64,000 nucleotides of DNA from Escherichia coli (GTDB lineage: Bacteria > Pseudomonadota > Gammaproteobacteria > Enterobacterales > Enterobacteriaceae). Both the position numbers and the translations under genes were made by a program. The DNA lies in NCBI RefSeq assembly GCF_001677475.2, contig NZ_CP015229.1; one strand, written 5' to 3'. How positions within the stretch are numbered: position 1 is the stretch's first letter; every line of letters starts with the position of its first letter. Below, one piece after another: positions 23,535 through 36,417 of this stretch. The notes under the pieces were generated by a model that was given only the letters and a program-made list of their open reading frames with translations, ran no database searches and was not told the DNA's origin.

Positions 23535-25595
23535 TCACTTCTTCATCTGCGACAAAATCGTCCGACACTGATTAGCCTCCCCTTCGGAAGGTGAGATCAG
23601 CGCCAGTAACGCCGCCGCCGGTGTTACCAGCGTTGCCAGTGCCGCCGCAACGGCTCCGCGAGCAATCAGCGGTCCGGCTTTCACCCCAGCCTGCGGATTT
23701 TTAAACGTCCCACGCACATACAGCGGTGAACGCAGCGTGATAATGCGAATCCCTTTACTCTCCGGATCAATAGTCAAATCCAACTGTTCCGAAGCAAAAC
23801 TTGCCGTGCCGGTAACGTTAATCAACGCGTTCTCAGTATCGAAAGCAAAAATCTGCGGGCGTGCCACGCCGTTGGCAATATTCAGATTCGCCGCCGCGCA
23901 GTTCACCCGCACCTCATCGTCACCAAATATCGCACCGACAATGTAGTTGCCGACATTCAGCCCAACAATCTCCATCAGGTTGCGGCTCACCAGCCCGTCA
24001 TTCATCAACAGTTTCAGGTTGCCGTTACTGTTGCCTAAAAGCGCCGCCACCGAGTTACCGCTACCGCGTAGTTCCGCGTCACCGTTCATTTCCCCCAGCG
24101 TCTTCTGCATCAGTTCCACATCGGGCATCAGTTCTTTCAGTTTCAGTCGACGAGCCTGAATATCTGCCCGCCCCTGCATCGGCTTTTTATCGCCTTCCAG
24201 ATGAATATTCGCCGCAATGCTGCCGCCCGCCATGCCAAATTTCAGCGGTTGCAGGCGCAGGTCAGCATTTTTGAGGATAATATGAGTAGAAAGATCGCTA
24301 ATCGGCAGGCTACTGCCATGCTCGATACGTCGGCCTTTGAAGCGAACATCGGCATCCATAACGTCCCATTTATCGGTTTCGAAGCGGTCATAAGGCAGCA
24401 CTTTGCCCGCAGGCTGAACGCTTTTTTCGCCCTTCTTCTGTTCAGACCGTTTCGACTTTTCTGCCCCTTTCCCGGAATCAACGCCAATCAACGGTCCCAG
24501 GTCCGCCAGCCGCAATTGCCGCGACTCGACATCACCTTCCAGTTTTGGTCGTGGCTTGCCGGTGGTGTAGACCAGAGAACCGTGGATATCGCTATCGCCA
24601 ATTCGCCCATTAAAACCGCGATAATCAAAGGCCGACGATTTTTCAGTGTCGATTTTCGCTACCAGCCGACCATCTGTTTCAAACGGCGGCGTATCGGGCA
24701 GCAGAACGCCCGTCAGTTCATAGAGATCACCCAGCGAATCGCCAGAAAATTTAAGCCGTAAATCGACACCGCCCATCTTCATTGGGTCATTCACGACGCC
24801 ATCAAAAGCAACACGGGTATTACCTGAACGGAAATCAGCCTGTACCGGAAACGGCGTCCCTTCGCCACGCAGCGCCAGCATACCGCCTATTCTTCCCGTA
24901 CCAGTGAGCGGTTCACCGTTATAACGTCCCTGCGCCTTCAGGCCAAAAACGTAATCGCCCACCTTTTCTTTATCCGCTTTACCTTTCGATCCAGTAACTT
25001 CGCTGAACGGCAGCGGCTTGCCTAAGGGATCAACAAAAATCTCCAGATCCGCTTTGCTTACTTTGTCATCAATGGCGATCCGCCCTTGATCGAAAAGAAT
25101 ATTATCCAGCCGAAACGACCATGCCGACGGCTTTGCATTCGCGTCTTTGTTGTCATCGTTGGCAAGATTAAACGTCCAGTTATTGTTCTTTTCAGAGAGG
25201 CGAATCAGGCGCGCGTCGGGCTTTTCGAGCTTGATCCACGGCAGCCAGACCGTTTTGGTCAGCAGCGCCAGCGGGGCCAGCGTTGCCTCTACGCGTGGCA
25301 AATGCACCATCGTGACTTCGGGAATATCCGGTGGATTGCCAAGAATGATGTCTTCCGCGTGTACATGTGGCCACGGCACCCAGCTGCGCCAGCCAGTTTC
25401 TTGTTTTTGCCGCTCCCACACCACGCCCAGATCGCCACGGATAGCGAACGGACGATTCAACTCCGCAGAGACTTTCTGGTTGATGGTCGGTTTGAGTCGA
25501 TTCCAGTCAAAAGTTGCAATCAAAATGATCGCCACGACAATCAACAACAAGAAAGCCCCTGAAATCGCAGCGGTTATTTTGCCTGCCTTGCTCAT
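23535..25595 (-). CDS. yhjG: AsmA-family outer-membrane biogenesis protein, 686 aa
   Basis: N-terminal anchor MSKAGKITAAISGAFLLLIVVAIILIATF then a large periplasmic domain; start trimmed to the ATG at 25593-25595. Confidence 0.9.
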   Translation of the reverse strand: MSKAGKITAAISGAFLLLIVVAIILIATFDWNRLKPTINQKVSAELNRPFAIRGDLGVVWERQKQETGWRSWVPWPHVHAEDIILGNPPDIPEVTMVHLPRVEATLAPLALLTKTVWLPWIKLEKPDARLIRLSEKNNNWTFNLANDDNKDANAKPSAWSFRLDNILFDQGRIAIDDKVSKADLEIFVDPLGKPLPFSEVTGSKGKADKEKVGDYVFGLKAQGRYNGEPLTGTGRIGGMLALRGEGTPFPVQADFRSGNTRVAFDGVVNDPMKMGGVDLRLKFSGDSLGDLYELTGVLLPDTPPFETDGRLVAKIDTEKSSAFDYRGFNGRIGDSDIHGSLVYTTGKPRPKLEGDVESRQLRLADLGPLIGVDSGKGAEKSKRSEQKKGEKSVQPAGKVLPYDRFETDKWDVMDADVRFKGRRIEHGSSLPISDLSTHIILKNADLRLQPLKFGMAGGSIAANIHLEGDKKPMQGRADIQARRLKLKELMPDVELMQKTLGEMNGDAELRGSGNSVAALLGNSNGNLKLLMNDGLVSRNLMEIVGLNVGNYIVGAIFGDDEVRVNCAAANLNIANGVARPQIFAFDTENALINVTGTASFASEQLDLTIDPESKGIRIITLRSPLYVRGTFKNPQAGVKAGPLIARGAVAAALATLVTPAAALLALISPSEGEANQCRTILSQMKK

Positions 25596-25664
25596 CGTTC
25601 GCTTCCTCATATTCTTCCTGTGCCAGTCCTAAAGATAGTCCAGCCAGGCGGAAAATGAGGCAGC

Positions 25665-26432
25665 TTATAGCGCCAGAACCGCCGTATTCAGCGTTTCTAT
25701 CGGTGCCGGGCGTGAAAGAAACCAGCCTTGTGCGGCGAATGCGGGCGAGTTCTGAACATCACGCCACTCTTCCGGCGTTTCTACGCCCTCGACGATCACC
25801 CCGCGACAATAGCGATTCATTAGATGTAAAAGCTGAGAAAAGAGTGTGCGGCCTTCCGGCGACTGACGCAGCATCACAAACAGTTCTCGCGCGATTTTGA
25901 TGTAATCATAACGCACTTCACTTAGTGCAGAGAAATTTGCCATCCCGGTACCAAAATCATCCAGCCACAGCGGGCCAAATTCACACATCGAGGCAAAGGT
26001 TGAATCTTTCGGCAGACGGATATGCTCCACCAGTTCGAAACGCAGCCAGGGAAGACGCTCGATTTGGCGCAGGATTTTTGGTTGCTGGCGCAGGGCGATG
26101 AGCGTAGGGCCATCAATATTGACCGATGCCAGCAGGCCGTGCTCTATAAAGAAGTCGGCTTTTTGCGCCAGTAAATCAATCTGCTCTTTCACAACCTCCA
26201 TCCGATGGCTGACGGTGATTTCAGTAAAATAACGATCCGGCGGCAGGCGTTGCGAAGGGTTCAAGGGATGCGTGACCACCGTTAATAGCTCCACGGCCAT
26301 TAACCGCCCGCATGTTTGATAGATCGGCTGCCAGGTGTAAGCACGCTCACACTGCAACCAAAAACGCCGTTCCTGCAAGCTCTCGATGCTTGCTTCAGGG
26401 TTGCTTATTCGCTGGATAACCTGCCTTATCAT
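25665..26432 (-). CDS. pdeH: c-di-GMP phosphodiesterase (EAL domain only), 255 aa
   Basis: Protein MIRQVIQRISNPEASIESLQERRFWLQCERAYTWQPIYQ... with EAL-domain motifs; start trimmed to the ATG at 26430-26432. Confidence 0.9.
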   Translation of the reverse strand: MIRQVIQRISNPEASIESLQERRFWLQCERAYTWQPIYQTCGRLMAVELLTVVTHPLNPSQRLPPDRYFTEITVSHRMEVVKEQIDLLAQKADFFIEHGLLASVNIDGPTLIALRQQPKILRQIERLPWLRFELVEHIRLPKDSTFASMCEFGPLWLDDFGTGMANFSALSEVRYDYIKIARELFVMLRQSPEGRTLFSQLLHLMNRYCRGVIVEGVETPEEWRDVQNSPAFAAQGWFLSRPAPIETLNTAVLAL

Positions 26433-26576
26433 CAAAGATGTCCTGTGTTTAAAAGTGATGCTGCCCGGACTCGACAAAGATTATCGGCGCGCAAGGGCAG
26501 AACTTTACCGCCTGGCCGGGGTAAATTTCCCCACTCCACAACGGAATCTTTCAGGAATACGTTCTGGCTCAAAAAA

Positions 26577-26600
26577 ATAATGGAACACTGTTTTAATATG
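26577..26600. promoter_or_regulatory. Imperfect inverted repeat upstream of kdgK (AATAATGGAACACTGTTTTAATAT), possible KdgR operator
   Basis: GAACA-n-TGTTT half-sites seen about 65 bp upstream of the kdgK ATG; assignment to KdgR is from recalled consensus, not tested. Confidence 0.3.
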
Positions 26601-26663
26601 GTTGACCAGCAAACCACCACAGCGCAAACTAACGCTAATTTTTTACAGATCAGGTTCACGACT

Positions 26664-27593
26664 ATGTCCAAAAAGATTGCCGTGATTGGCGAATGCATGA
26701 TTGAGCTTTCCGAGAAAGGCGCGGACGTTAAGCGCGGTTTCGGCGGCGATACCCTGAACACTTCCGTCTATATCGCCCGTCAGGTCGATCCTGCGGCATT
26801 AACCGTTCATTACGTAACGGCGCTGGGAACGGACAGTTTTAGCCAGCAGATGCTGGACGCCTGGCACGGCGAGAACGTTGATACTTCCCTAACCCAACGG
26901 ATGGAAAACCGTCTGCCGGGCCTTTACTACATTGAAACCGACAGCACCGGTGAACGTACGTTCTACTACTGGCGTAACGAAGCCGCCGCCAAATTCTGGC
27001 TGGAGAGTGAGCAATCCGCGGCGATTTGCGAAGAGCTGGCGAATTTCGATTATCTCTACCTGAGCGGGATTAGCCTGGCGATCTTAAGCCCGACCAGCCG
27101 CGAGAAACTGCTTTCCCTGCTGCGCGAATGCCGCGCCAACGGCGGAAAAGTGATTTTCGACAATAACTATCGTCCGCGCCTGTGGGCCAGCAAAGAAGAG
27201 ACACAGCAGGTGTACCAGCAAATGCTGGAATGCACGGATATCGCCTTCCTGACGCTGGACGATGAAGACGCGCTGTGGGGTCAACAGCCGGTGGAAGACG
27301 TCATTGCGCGCACCCATAACGCGGGCGTGAAAGAAGTGGTGGTGAAACGCGGGGCGGATTCTTGCCTGGTGTCTATTGCTGGCGAAGGGTTAGTGGATGT
27401 TCCGGCGGTGAAACTGCCGAAAGAAAAAGTGATCGATACCACCGCAGCTGGCGACTCTTTCAGTGCCGGTTATCTGGCGGTACGTTTGACGGGCGGCAGT
27501 GCGGAAGACGCGGCGAAACGCGGGCACCTGACCGCAAGTACCGTTATTCAGTATCGCGGCGCGATTATCCCGCGTGAGGCGATGCCAGCGTAA
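26664..27593 (+). CDS. kdgK: 2-dehydro-3-deoxygluconokinase, 309 aa
   Basis: Protein MSKKIAVIGECMIELSEKGADVKRGFGGDTLNT... (PfkB sugar-kinase family); ATG verified at 26664; the ORF-track start at 26316 is a spurious extension. Confidence 0.95.
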   Translation: MSKKIAVIGECMIELSEKGADVKRGFGGDTLNTSVYIARQVDPAALTVHYVTALGTDSFSQQMLDAWHGENVDTSLTQRMENRLPGLYYIETDSTGERTFYYWRNEAAAKFWLESEQSAAICEELANFDYLYLSGISLAILSPTSREKLLSLLRECRANGGKVIFDNNYRPRLWASKEETQQVYQQMLECTDIAFLTLDDEDALWGQQPVEDVIARTHNAGVKEVVVKRGADSCLVSIAGEGLVDVPAVKLPKEKVIDTTAAGDSFSAGYLAVRLTGGSAEDAAKRGHLTASTVIQYRGAIIPREAMPA

Positions 27594-27688
27594 AAGCAGC
27601 ATATGCAAAAGGCTGGATAAAGTGTTACCCCTCTATCCAGCTCATCCATAAATACCTGATGGTTGTGCTAACTCATCACCATCAGGCA

Positions 27689-29185
27689 TTACTGTGCAGG
27701 TGGAATATCCGTCACTTCAGGATGTACGTCATCCGTGGCGACAGAGGTGGTCGCAGCGGCGGTAGATGGGGCCATGATTTGATCCCAGGCCGCCTGCAAC
27801 GCTTTCATGTTAAATTCCGGCTCGCCTTTCGGCTGCAGCAGTATTAACGCCATATCATTCGACAACTGCTGACGCAGATCCTGATTTAACATCTCCACCG
27901 TCAGGCTGTTAAGGAAATCCTGCCGCAGTTTCTGATACTGCTCCGGCGCGATATCGACAACCTGATTTTGCAACGAACGCATCCGCTGGCCCATCAGAAT
28001 ATCGGTATCAGCCCGCGCATAGGCGGCAAACAGTTTCTGCAGCTCCAGTTTCTTTTGCGCCACTAACGCATTGAACTCTTCTTCCGGCAGACCTTTATCG
28101 CGAACCTTCGCCAGTTCACGCGCCACCAGATTAAGGTTGCTGTTCAGCTTGTCGTTTGGTGATTCGATGTTAATGGCACACTGCGCACGCAGATACAGCA
28201 CACGGCAGTCAAATCCAAGACCGATGTCTTTGCTGTTACTGGCGCTTAACGCTTGCTGAACATGCCAGAACAGCGCCTCACGGGCCAGGTCCGCACGCCA
28301 GTAGCGCAGCAGTGCGGCTGATTCACGAATCGGCTGCCACGGCGTATCCCACATGATAGATAACCGGTCCTGACGCACCGCGTCAGTCATAATACTCACC
28401 GCTTCCGCACGCAGCGGAGAAAGCGTCGGCACCGGAGCTGGCGTTTCACGTTTGCCTTTCAGTTCGCCAAACGTTTTGTTGATTTGGTCGACAACCGAGC
28501 GCGCATCCACGTTTCCCACCACCAGCAGCGTCATTGCATCCGGGGTGTACCATTTCTGATAGAAATCTTTAATCTTTTCCGCTTCAACGGGTTGTTTCAG
28601 CGGATCGGCAGGATCGTGACCTAACAAGGTTGATCCTTTCAAGCGATAGCGCCACCAGCCCTCTTTAGTATCGGCAGGCCAGGTTGCCACCATGTCCTGA
28701 CTTTGCAGCGCGTGGTTGATGGTTTCTGGTGTGATGGTCAGTTTGCCAGTGGCATTTGCCAGATAAGAGAGCGCTTCTTTCAGCAAGTCGTTACGGTTAT
28801 TGGGCAAACTCAGATTAAACAGCGTGGTGTCATAAGAGACAATTACCGGCGGCATCGGGCGTTTAGGGTCGATCCCCTGCTGCCACAATGAACGCGCCTG
28901 TGCTGCGTCAAGGCCACCGCTTTGCGTTAGCGCAATACGAGGGATGGCGTGACTGTAACCGCTCTGTTGTGTACTTTCGGCGAGCGAACCGGTATTAACC
29001 AGCAGGCGAATTTCAACACGATCGCTGGGACGCTGGGGCGTGGTCAGCACTTGCCACTGTAAACCGTTGGAAAGCGTCCCCTGTTGCCATGCTGGATCAG
29101 GCTGGAGCGCATCTGCCTGCACATAGCCAGCAGTGGCCATCATCAGCAAACCGCCCGCTAAAAGTCGAATTTTTGTGCCCTGCAT
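27689..29185 (-). CDS. yhjJ: Periplasmic M16-family zinc peptidase-like protein, 498 aa
   Basis: Signal peptide followed by M16-like sequence; conserved position between kdgK and dctA. Confidence 0.9.
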   Translation of the reverse strand: MQGTKIRLLAGGLLMMATAGYVQADALQPDPAWQQGTLSNGLQWQVLTTPQRPSDRVEIRLLVNTGSLAESTQQSGYSHAIPRIALTQSGGLDAAQARSLWQQGIDPKRPMPPVIVSYDTTLFNLSLPNNRNDLLKEALSYLANATGKLTITPETINHALQSQDMVATWPADTKEGWWRYRLKGSTLLGHDPADPLKQPVEAEKIKDFYQKWYTPDAMTLLVVGNVDARSVVDQINKTFGELKGKRETPAPVPTLSPLRAEAVSIMTDAVRQDRLSIMWDTPWQPIRESAALLRYWRADLAREALFWHVQQALSASNSKDIGLGFDCRVLYLRAQCAINIESPNDKLNSNLNLVARELAKVRDKGLPEEEFNALVAQKKLELQKLFAAYARADTDILMGQRMRSLQNQVVDIAPEQYQKLRQDFLNSLTVEMLNQDLRQQLSNDMALILLQPKGEPEFNMKALQAAWDQIMAPSTAAATTSVATDDVHPEVTDIPPAQ

Positions 29186-29404
29186 GTGAACCCCTGATCA
29201 ACTATCCTGGTAATAAAAAACTGCCCGTTGTCGGTCAGTCTAAATGACGTTAAAAACACTTCGTGTTAGACCGCAAGAACATGAAAATGTCACGGAAGAA
29301 GTGAAATAAACCTGAACTCACCCAGGTGGTAAGTTCAGGCACAGGGGTCAATTATGCGCAAACACCCGCACTCGGGGAAGGGAGTGCGGGCATAAGTGGT
29401 GAGA

Positions 29405-30727
<1,323 letters not shown>

Positions 30728-30873
30728 TTATGGGGTACCTGCGGCCTTAAAATAACACCCAGACAACATCACAGAAATGTACCTGGATCATAATTGAAAC
30801 AAAAAGGTTAAAAAGTTTGAGCTGGCTCGCACAAACCAGCACTTTTTAAAGTTTTGTAATCAGTTTGGGGTAG

Positions 30874-32862
30874 CTACTTTTCTTCCAGGTAACTCTCTTC
30901 GAAGATTTCAATAGGGAGTGGGCGAGCAAAAAGGAAGCCCTGGGCAATACCAACGCCCGCTTTTGCCAGCCAGTCGCGTTGTGCTTCAGTCTCCACGCCT
31001 TCGGCAATCATTTGTAAGTTTAGGCTCTGCGCCAGCATGATAATTGCAGCAATCATGCTGCTATCTTCCGGCAAGCCTTCAACAAACATTTTGTCGATTT
31101 TTAGCACGTCGATTGGCAACGATTTCATATGCTGCAGCTGACGCAGCCCTGCGTAGCCCATGCCGAAATCATCCAGCGCCACCCGAACTCCGGCATTACG
31201 CAACGGACGGAGGATTGCCACCGCAGCATGAGGGTCGTCAATACGTCGGCTTTCTGTCACTTCCAGAATCAGTGTTCCCGGCTGAATGCGATAGCGGGTT
31301 AACAGTTCCAGCATATCCGCCACCATATTCGGGTGCATCAGTTGCAGCGCTGAGAGGTTTACCGACAAGGGCAGCATAATGCCGCGCTCTTGCCAGGCAG
31401 CCAGCAGTCGACAGGACTCTTCCAGCACCCAGTGACCAACGGTAACCATCAGCCCACAGCATTCAATGCGATCAATTAAGCCATCCGGCAGGTCCCAACT
31501 GCCATCCGGTTGCTGGATACGCAGTAACACTTCCGCACTGACCAGTTTACCGCTGGTCATCTCGACCTGTGGCTGTAACCAAATCGCAAACTGATGATTT
31601 TCCAGCGCATTAAGGATATCGCTCTCTTCCGTCAACCGCTTCTGGGCAGCTTCCATCTGCTGCGGATCAAAGAACTGAATCTGATTCTTGCCTTTATGGC
31701 GAGCGGTAAATGCCGCAGAAATAGCGCGACTGTAAAGCTGTTCGGCGGTGAGATCGCCGTAGAACATCGCCACGCCAATGCTACAGTGCGGACGGAGTTG
31801 AATACGTTCAATCGGCAGGCGCTCGCTCATGATGGTGAGCACTTGCTGACCCAAAGTGATTGCGTGCCACGGTTCCTGTACACCGTTGGCAATGACAGCA
31901 AAGTCATAACCGCTAATCTGCGCGAGGATCATACGTGGCGACAGTACCGATTTGAGTTTTTCCACCAGCGTCAGCAGCAGAATTTCTCGTTGCGCCTCTT
32001 TCAGCACGCCCGCAGTATCACGCAGGGTTTCACAGGTGATGATCATCAGCGCGGTGGTTTGTTTACGCGCGACAACCTGCTCCAGCATCTCCATCAGCAA
32101 GGCTTTGTTCGGCAAATCCGACACCGGGAAGCGCATCGCGTTTTCGTTCTGTTCTTCATAATGGCGCTGCAGCAATTGCTGGTTGAGGTTGTAACTGCGC
32201 ACCAGCATACCGATTTCATCGTCCTGATGCAGACGTGGTAATGCCAGTTGGTGACCAACAAGCTCCTGGGCAGGGATGGCGTTAAGTTCGCGAGCAATAT
32301 TGCGTAACGGATGCAAAATCAGGCGGTTAATGCACCAGCTAATCGCCACCGTCAATATTAACGACAAAAGTAAGTAAATGGTCACTAACGTTGAGAGGGT
32401 GCTCATCACGAACTTATACATGCGGAAGGAATCCGCCTGTAGCACCAGATAGGCAATTGGCTGCGGATTTGCCGGACGTTCCAGCGAGTAAACGCCCAGC
32501 GAGATTTGAACCGGTAGCTCAAACAGGCGAGTAACCATTACCGGCACCGGACGCTCTGGAATAAAACTTTTACGCAGCGCCTGGAACTGGTTAGGCAGCA
32601 CTACATCGGCACGGCTGACCACGCCTGCCGGTTTAATGCTGGCAAGAATAGCTTCCGCTTCGGGAATATCGCCTTTCAAAATAGCTGAAGATAAGGGTTC
32701 GCGGACAGAGCGAGCAATGCTTTCCAGTTGCGTAGCCGTGTTATAGCGATTCTGCTGGACCAGATGGAACAGCAAAACGGTGCAAAAAATAAAAACGAAC
32801 ACCAGGACAACGGCTGCCACCATTGCCATCTGCTTGATTGTTAACGAGCGACTTACGCGCAA
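30874..32862 (-). CDS. pdeK: Membrane-anchored c-di-GMP phosphodiesterase with HAMP, degenerate GGDEF and EAL domains, 662 aa
   Basis: N-terminal TM segments, then GGDEF-like and EAL regions ([11 protein letters not shown]..., [10 protein letters not shown]). Confidence 0.9.
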   Translation of the reverse strand: MRVSRSLTIKQMAMVAAVVLVFVFIFCTVLLFHLVQQNRYNTATQLESIARSVREPLSSAILKGDIPEAEAILASIKPAGVVSRADVVLPNQFQALRKSFIPERPVPVMVTRLFELPVQISLGVYSLERPANPQPIAYLVLQADSFRMYKFVMSTLSTLVTIYLLLSLILTVAISWCINRLILHPLRNIARELNAIPAQELVGHQLALPRLHQDDEIGMLVRSYNLNQQLLQRHYEEQNENAMRFPVSDLPNKALLMEMLEQVVARKQTTALMIITCETLRDTAGVLKEAQREILLLTLVEKLKSVLSPRMILAQISGYDFAVIANGVQEPWHAITLGQQVLTIMSERLPIERIQLRPHCSIGVAMFYGDLTAEQLYSRAISAAFTARHKGKNQIQFFDPQQMEAAQKRLTEESDILNALENHQFAIWLQPQVEMTSGKLVSAEVLLRIQQPDGSWDLPDGLIDRIECCGLMVTVGHWVLEESCRLLAAWQERGIMLPLSVNLSALQLMHPNMVADMLELLTRYRIQPGTLILEVTESRRIDDPHAAVAILRPLRNAGVRVALDDFGMGYAGLRQLQHMKSLPIDVLKIDKMFVEGLPEDSSMIAAIIMLAQSLNLQMIAEGVETEAQRDWLAKAGVGIAQGFLFARPLPIEIFEESYLEEK

Positions 32863-32943
32863 ATTGTCTCCCCCCGGAAATCCCAGATTGCCGCCCGAGT
32901 ATACCCGATCGCAGCGGCATTAAGAGAGGCGCTATCTGAAAAC

Positions 32944-35900
32944 TTACCAGTCGGCGTAAGGTATCAGCGGCTGCGGCGGTAAATCCATGTCACCCTGCCA
33001 TCCGGCGGCGGAATAACGTACGTAGAGCAGGAAATGGCTGGGTGCGTAATCTTTCGCCTGCTGGATATCAATTGCCGTGCCGACAAACCAGTTGGAAGTA
33101 ACACGCCGTTCAAGTAATGCCCGCGCCGTGTAGCCGAAGCCCTGACTGCTGCCGCCATCGTTGGATTGCCGCGCAGCTTCTTCCTGCCAGTCGGTCGGGA
33201 TCAGATTCATCAGCGGATAACGCGGCATGGTTTTGGTGCGTGAATGCGACCACGAGCCAGACGCCCCCAGCTCCCACGACCAGTTTTCCGTGCGCTCCCG
33301 CCACATCACCGGTATGGCAAACGACAGGTATTCCTGCGGACTGTAGTAACCGCCCTGACCGAGTGAGTAGCCACTCAGATCTTTGTCGTAATGCCAGATC
33401 ATGTTGTTCAGGCCGATTGTGACGCGGCGATTGTTCTGGTTAATGACCTTATAGTAATAGCCCGTCATCCAGCGCACGCGCCAGTTATCTTCGACATTTT
33501 TACCGGTTAACTGGTCACCGCTAAGCGATGCCCAGACGCCGTTTGCTTCACCTTTATCGTAGCTCAGGCTTAGCCCCACGCCGTCGGCACGCACGCCACC
33601 CCATTTTTTCCCGGTATTGCTCGGGGAGTCTTTTTGCCCACCAAAGGCCAGCAAAGAACTGGAGATGGGCCGACGGTGGGCGTTAACGGTGTAACCCAGC
33701 GGCCCGATATCATCGCTGTAACTGATGCCGCCGACCACATCCACCACGTTGAAGCCCATCGGCGTGGTGCCGATATCCCAGCTCCAGACGTCATTTCGCC
33801 AGCCGACCGCCACGCTGGCACCGGAGTCCGACTGGCTGCGGTTGCCACTACAGTCCTGTAATGTACAGGTGCCCCAGTTGTCATCCCATTTGCCATCGGC
33901 ATTAGTGGAGAAACTGCCGACGTTCATATTGACGAAATCACTGCGAAAGAACATCCTCCCGTCAGAATACGGAGCATCCACCTGCAACATGGTAGTGTGC
34001 GCTTTCAGATCGGAGTAACCACCGGTGCCGCTCGAACCCCAGTAATCGTGCTCGAGGGTGACGTTAAGATCCTGCTGGCGATAGAGGTCCGCCGCATCGC
34101 TGCGCACGCCGCGTTTCAGCCAGTCATCTTTCTCGTCGTTACGGGTCAGTCGGGTAAAGGTGTCGTTATCCTGCGGACGCGTCGTAGTCACACCGGATGC
34201 GACCATGGCGTCTTTGTAGGTTTCCAGCGCCTGCTTTGGATCGCCCGCCTGCGCTTCAAACTTCGCACCGTCGCGCAGCACCATCGCGCTTTCCATCGAC
34301 GGTGGCTGAGATTTTGCCTGCGGGATCAACTTATTAAACGTCTGCTGCGCCGCTGCGGTATCGCCAAGCTGCGCCTGTGCCAGCGCCACGCGCCGCTGAG
34401 TGTTCAGCGACGCGTTATCGGTGGCAGGCAGTTTCGCCAGCTGGCTACGTGCTGCCGCTTTGTCACCGGCAGCAATATCCACTTCCGTCAGACCAAGAAT
34501 GGCATCGGCGTTAGTTGGCTCCCGCATCAGGACATTCTGATATGCAGCGCGAGCGGCGGTATAATCACGTCGTTGTTGCGCCCAGTCAGCCAGCGTGAGA
34601 TCAATACGCGTGGAAGGTGGTTGCTGGCGCAGCATCGCTTCCGCTTCAGCTTCTTTGCCGCTTTCTCGCAGGCGATTAGCGGTTTCCAGCACCTGATCGC
34701 TTTGCAGTCGATTAACCAGCTCCTGAATATTGCTGTTCCACTGCGCGCGCGGCAGGCTGTTGATATGCGCCAGAGCCGCTCTGTCCTGGTCATGACCAGA
34801 GAGGTACAGCCCGTAAGCGTAAACCTGCTCCGGGTCGTTCGGCTTCTGCTGCGCCAGATGGCGCATTAACGTATCGGCCTGGCTGCGTTGTCCGGCCTGC
34901 CAGAGATCCTGCGAAAGTCGGTAAGTAATCCATACACTGCCGGGGTCCAGCGCCAGTCGCTGGCGCTGAAGTGCTGCCGCCTGCGCCCATTTCCCCTGGT
35001 TTTCCAGTGCCTCTGCCTGCTGTGCCAGACGGTCGTTTTGCAGGCTGCGTTCGATATCATCAATGCTGCGCCGCTGGCTGGCAGAGAGCGAGGCGATAAA
35101 CGCTTCAGCTTTTTCTGGCGATTGCTGGCGGTATATATTCGCCAGCCCGCGCACGGCGTTAGTGTTGCCGCTGTCCATACGCAAGGTCTGCTGATAATAA
35201 CGTTCGGCGGCGGGATAATCTTTTCGTGCCATCGCCACATCGCCCAGCCCCAGCACTGCATAACTGTCGGTGTTATCGACATTACGTGCCTGCTGGAACA
35301 GGCGTTCTGCCCGGTCAGGATTATTGGCTTTCAGCGCAGCATCGCCCTGCTGGATCGCCAGCCAGTAGCGGTTTACTTTCAGGAGACTGTTCCATTTGTC
35401 GTTGTTGCTGCTGTGCGGGTCCAGTGCGAGGGCTTTTTCCAGATTCGCCACCGCATTAGCGCGATCGCCATTCTGGGAATACGCCTGCCCCAGCGCCCCC
35501 AGAGCCTCACTGTCTTTCGGGTTCGCCCGCACCGCCTGTTGTAGTTCGGGAATGGCTTTACCCACCATACCAGAGTCCACCGCCGCTAAACCTTGCGCAC
35601 GAGCGCGGAAAGCAGGGTCGGCCAGCTGTTTTTGCTGTTCTGCCAGTTGCGATTGTGCAGCCGCCACGCTATCGCCATCGCTAAAGATCGAAAGATATTT
35701 TTTCAGCGCCGACACACTGGCATCGCTGACGGGCATGTCTTTAATCTGCCCGTACCAGATTTTAGAGGCCCCCTCGCGCCCGGCGTTCGATTTCGCCATT
35801 TGTTCCAGGACGGCAAAGCCTTCGTCACGGCGATCGCTACTAAACAGCAATAGCGCCAGATTGTTTTGCAGGCCCGTGTTGCCCGGTGCATCCGCATTGA

Positions 35901-36417
35901 TGCGTTTTAACTGATTAATCGCTTCGCCACGGCGAGCCGGAATTTTCGCCACCGTACTCCAGTACTCGACAGCAATGTCACCTTCCGGCGGCGCACCGTT
36001 GAACAGTTTGTTGTAACTCGCCACTGCTTCTTCCGCATGACCGGTCGTCGCCTGCAATCTTGCCTGTTGCAGTGCCTGACGACCATCCGGCGTGGAAAGC
36101 AGCATCGTAGTCCGCGACGATTTATACGCATTTGAACTCGGCGCTAACTGCGACAGCCGATCGAGCTGTTTTTGCGCGCCATCAATATCGCCCTGACGTA
36201 ACAGAGAACGGAAACGGGCGGCAACGACGTCCGGGTTATTCGGATCAATAAGTTCCAGCCGATATAACGACTGTTGCACCAGATCTTCACGATGGGTCGC
36301 TTCGCCTAACCGAACTTGCTCCAGCAACTGTTGCTGAGCGGTTGGTGCTGCCTCGACCATCGGCATGACGGCCAGACCGAGGGAAAGCGTGAATATGTTT
36401 AGTGTGAATTTGCGCAT
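32944..36417 (-). CDS. bcsC: Cellulose synthase outer-membrane subunit BcsC (TPR repeats plus C-terminal beta-barrel), 1157 aa
   Basis: Long TPR-rich periplasmic region and C-terminal barrel; last gene of the bcsABZC operon. Confidence 0.95.
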   Translation of the reverse strand: MRKFTLNIFTLSLGLAVMPMVEAAPTAQQQLLEQVRLGEATHREDLVQQSLYRLELIDPNNPDVVAARFRSLLRQGDIDGAQKQLDRLSQLAPSSNAYKSSRTTMLLSTPDGRQALQQARLQATTGHAEEAVASYNKLFNGAPPEGDIAVEYWSTVAKIPARRGEAINQLKRINADAPGNTGLQNNLALLLFSSDRRDEGFAVLEQMAKSNAGREGASKIWYGQIKDMPVSDASVSALKKYLSIFSDGDSVAAAQSQLAEQQKQLADPAFRARAQGLAAVDSGMVGKAIPELQQAVRANPKDSEALGALGQAYSQNGDRANAVANLEKALALDPHSSNNDKWNSLLKVNRYWLAIQQGDAALKANNPDRAERLFQQARNVDNTDSYAVLGLGDVAMARKDYPAAERYYQQTLRMDSGNTNAVRGLANIYRQQSPEKAEAFIASLSASQRRSIDDIERSLQNDRLAQQAEALENQGKWAQAAALQRQRLALDPGSVWITYRLSQDLWQAGQRSQADTLMRHLAQQKPNDPEQVYAYGLYLSGHDQDRAALAHINSLPRAQWNSNIQELVNRLQSDQVLETANRLRESGKEAEAEAMLRQQPPSTRIDLTLADWAQQRRDYTAARAAYQNVLMREPTNADAILGLTEVDIAAGDKAAARSQLAKLPATDNASLNTQRRVALAQAQLGDTAAAQQTFNKLIPQAKSQPPSMESAMVLRDGAKFEAQAGDPKQALETYKDAMVASGVTTTRPQDNDTFTRLTRNDEKDDWLKRGVRSDAADLYRQQDLNVTLEHDYWGSSGTGGYSDLKAHTTMLQVDAPYSDGRMFFRSDFVNMNVGSFSTNADGKWDDNWGTCTLQDCSGNRSQSDSGASVAVGWRNDVWSWDIGTTPMGFNVVDVVGGISYSDDIGPLGYTVNAHRRPISSSLLAFGGQKDSPSNTGKKWGGVRADGVGLSLSYDKGEANGVWASLSGDQLTGKNVEDNWRVRWMTGYYYKVINQNNRRVTIGLNNMIWHYDKDLSGYSLGQGGYYSPQEYLSFAIPVMWRERTENWSWELGASGSWSHSRTKTMPRYPLMNLIPTDWQEEAARQSNDGGSSQGFGYTARALLERRVTSNWFVGTAIDIQQAKDYAPSHFLLYVRYSAAGWQGDMDLPPQPLIPYADW

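Noticed and set aside
26316-26663. N-terminal extension of the kdgK ORF (and similar 5' extensions on gadE, gadA, yhjC, yhjG, pdeH, bcsZ, bcsB, bcsA, bcsR, dppB, eptB, yhiD, hdeB, chuV)
   Set aside because: The ORF track reports the longest frame; in each case the conserved N-terminus begins at an internal ATG that I verified in the sequence, and the extension would overlap a neighbouring gene or promoter.
33997-35914. Plus-strand ORFs of 172-290 aa inside bcsC (33997..34869, 34888..35544, 35396..35914)
   Set aside because: They lie wholly antisense to a long, well-supported GC-rich gene; their products are Arg/Ala/Pro-rich low-complexity sequence with no ribosome-binding site context. These are typical shadow ORFs.
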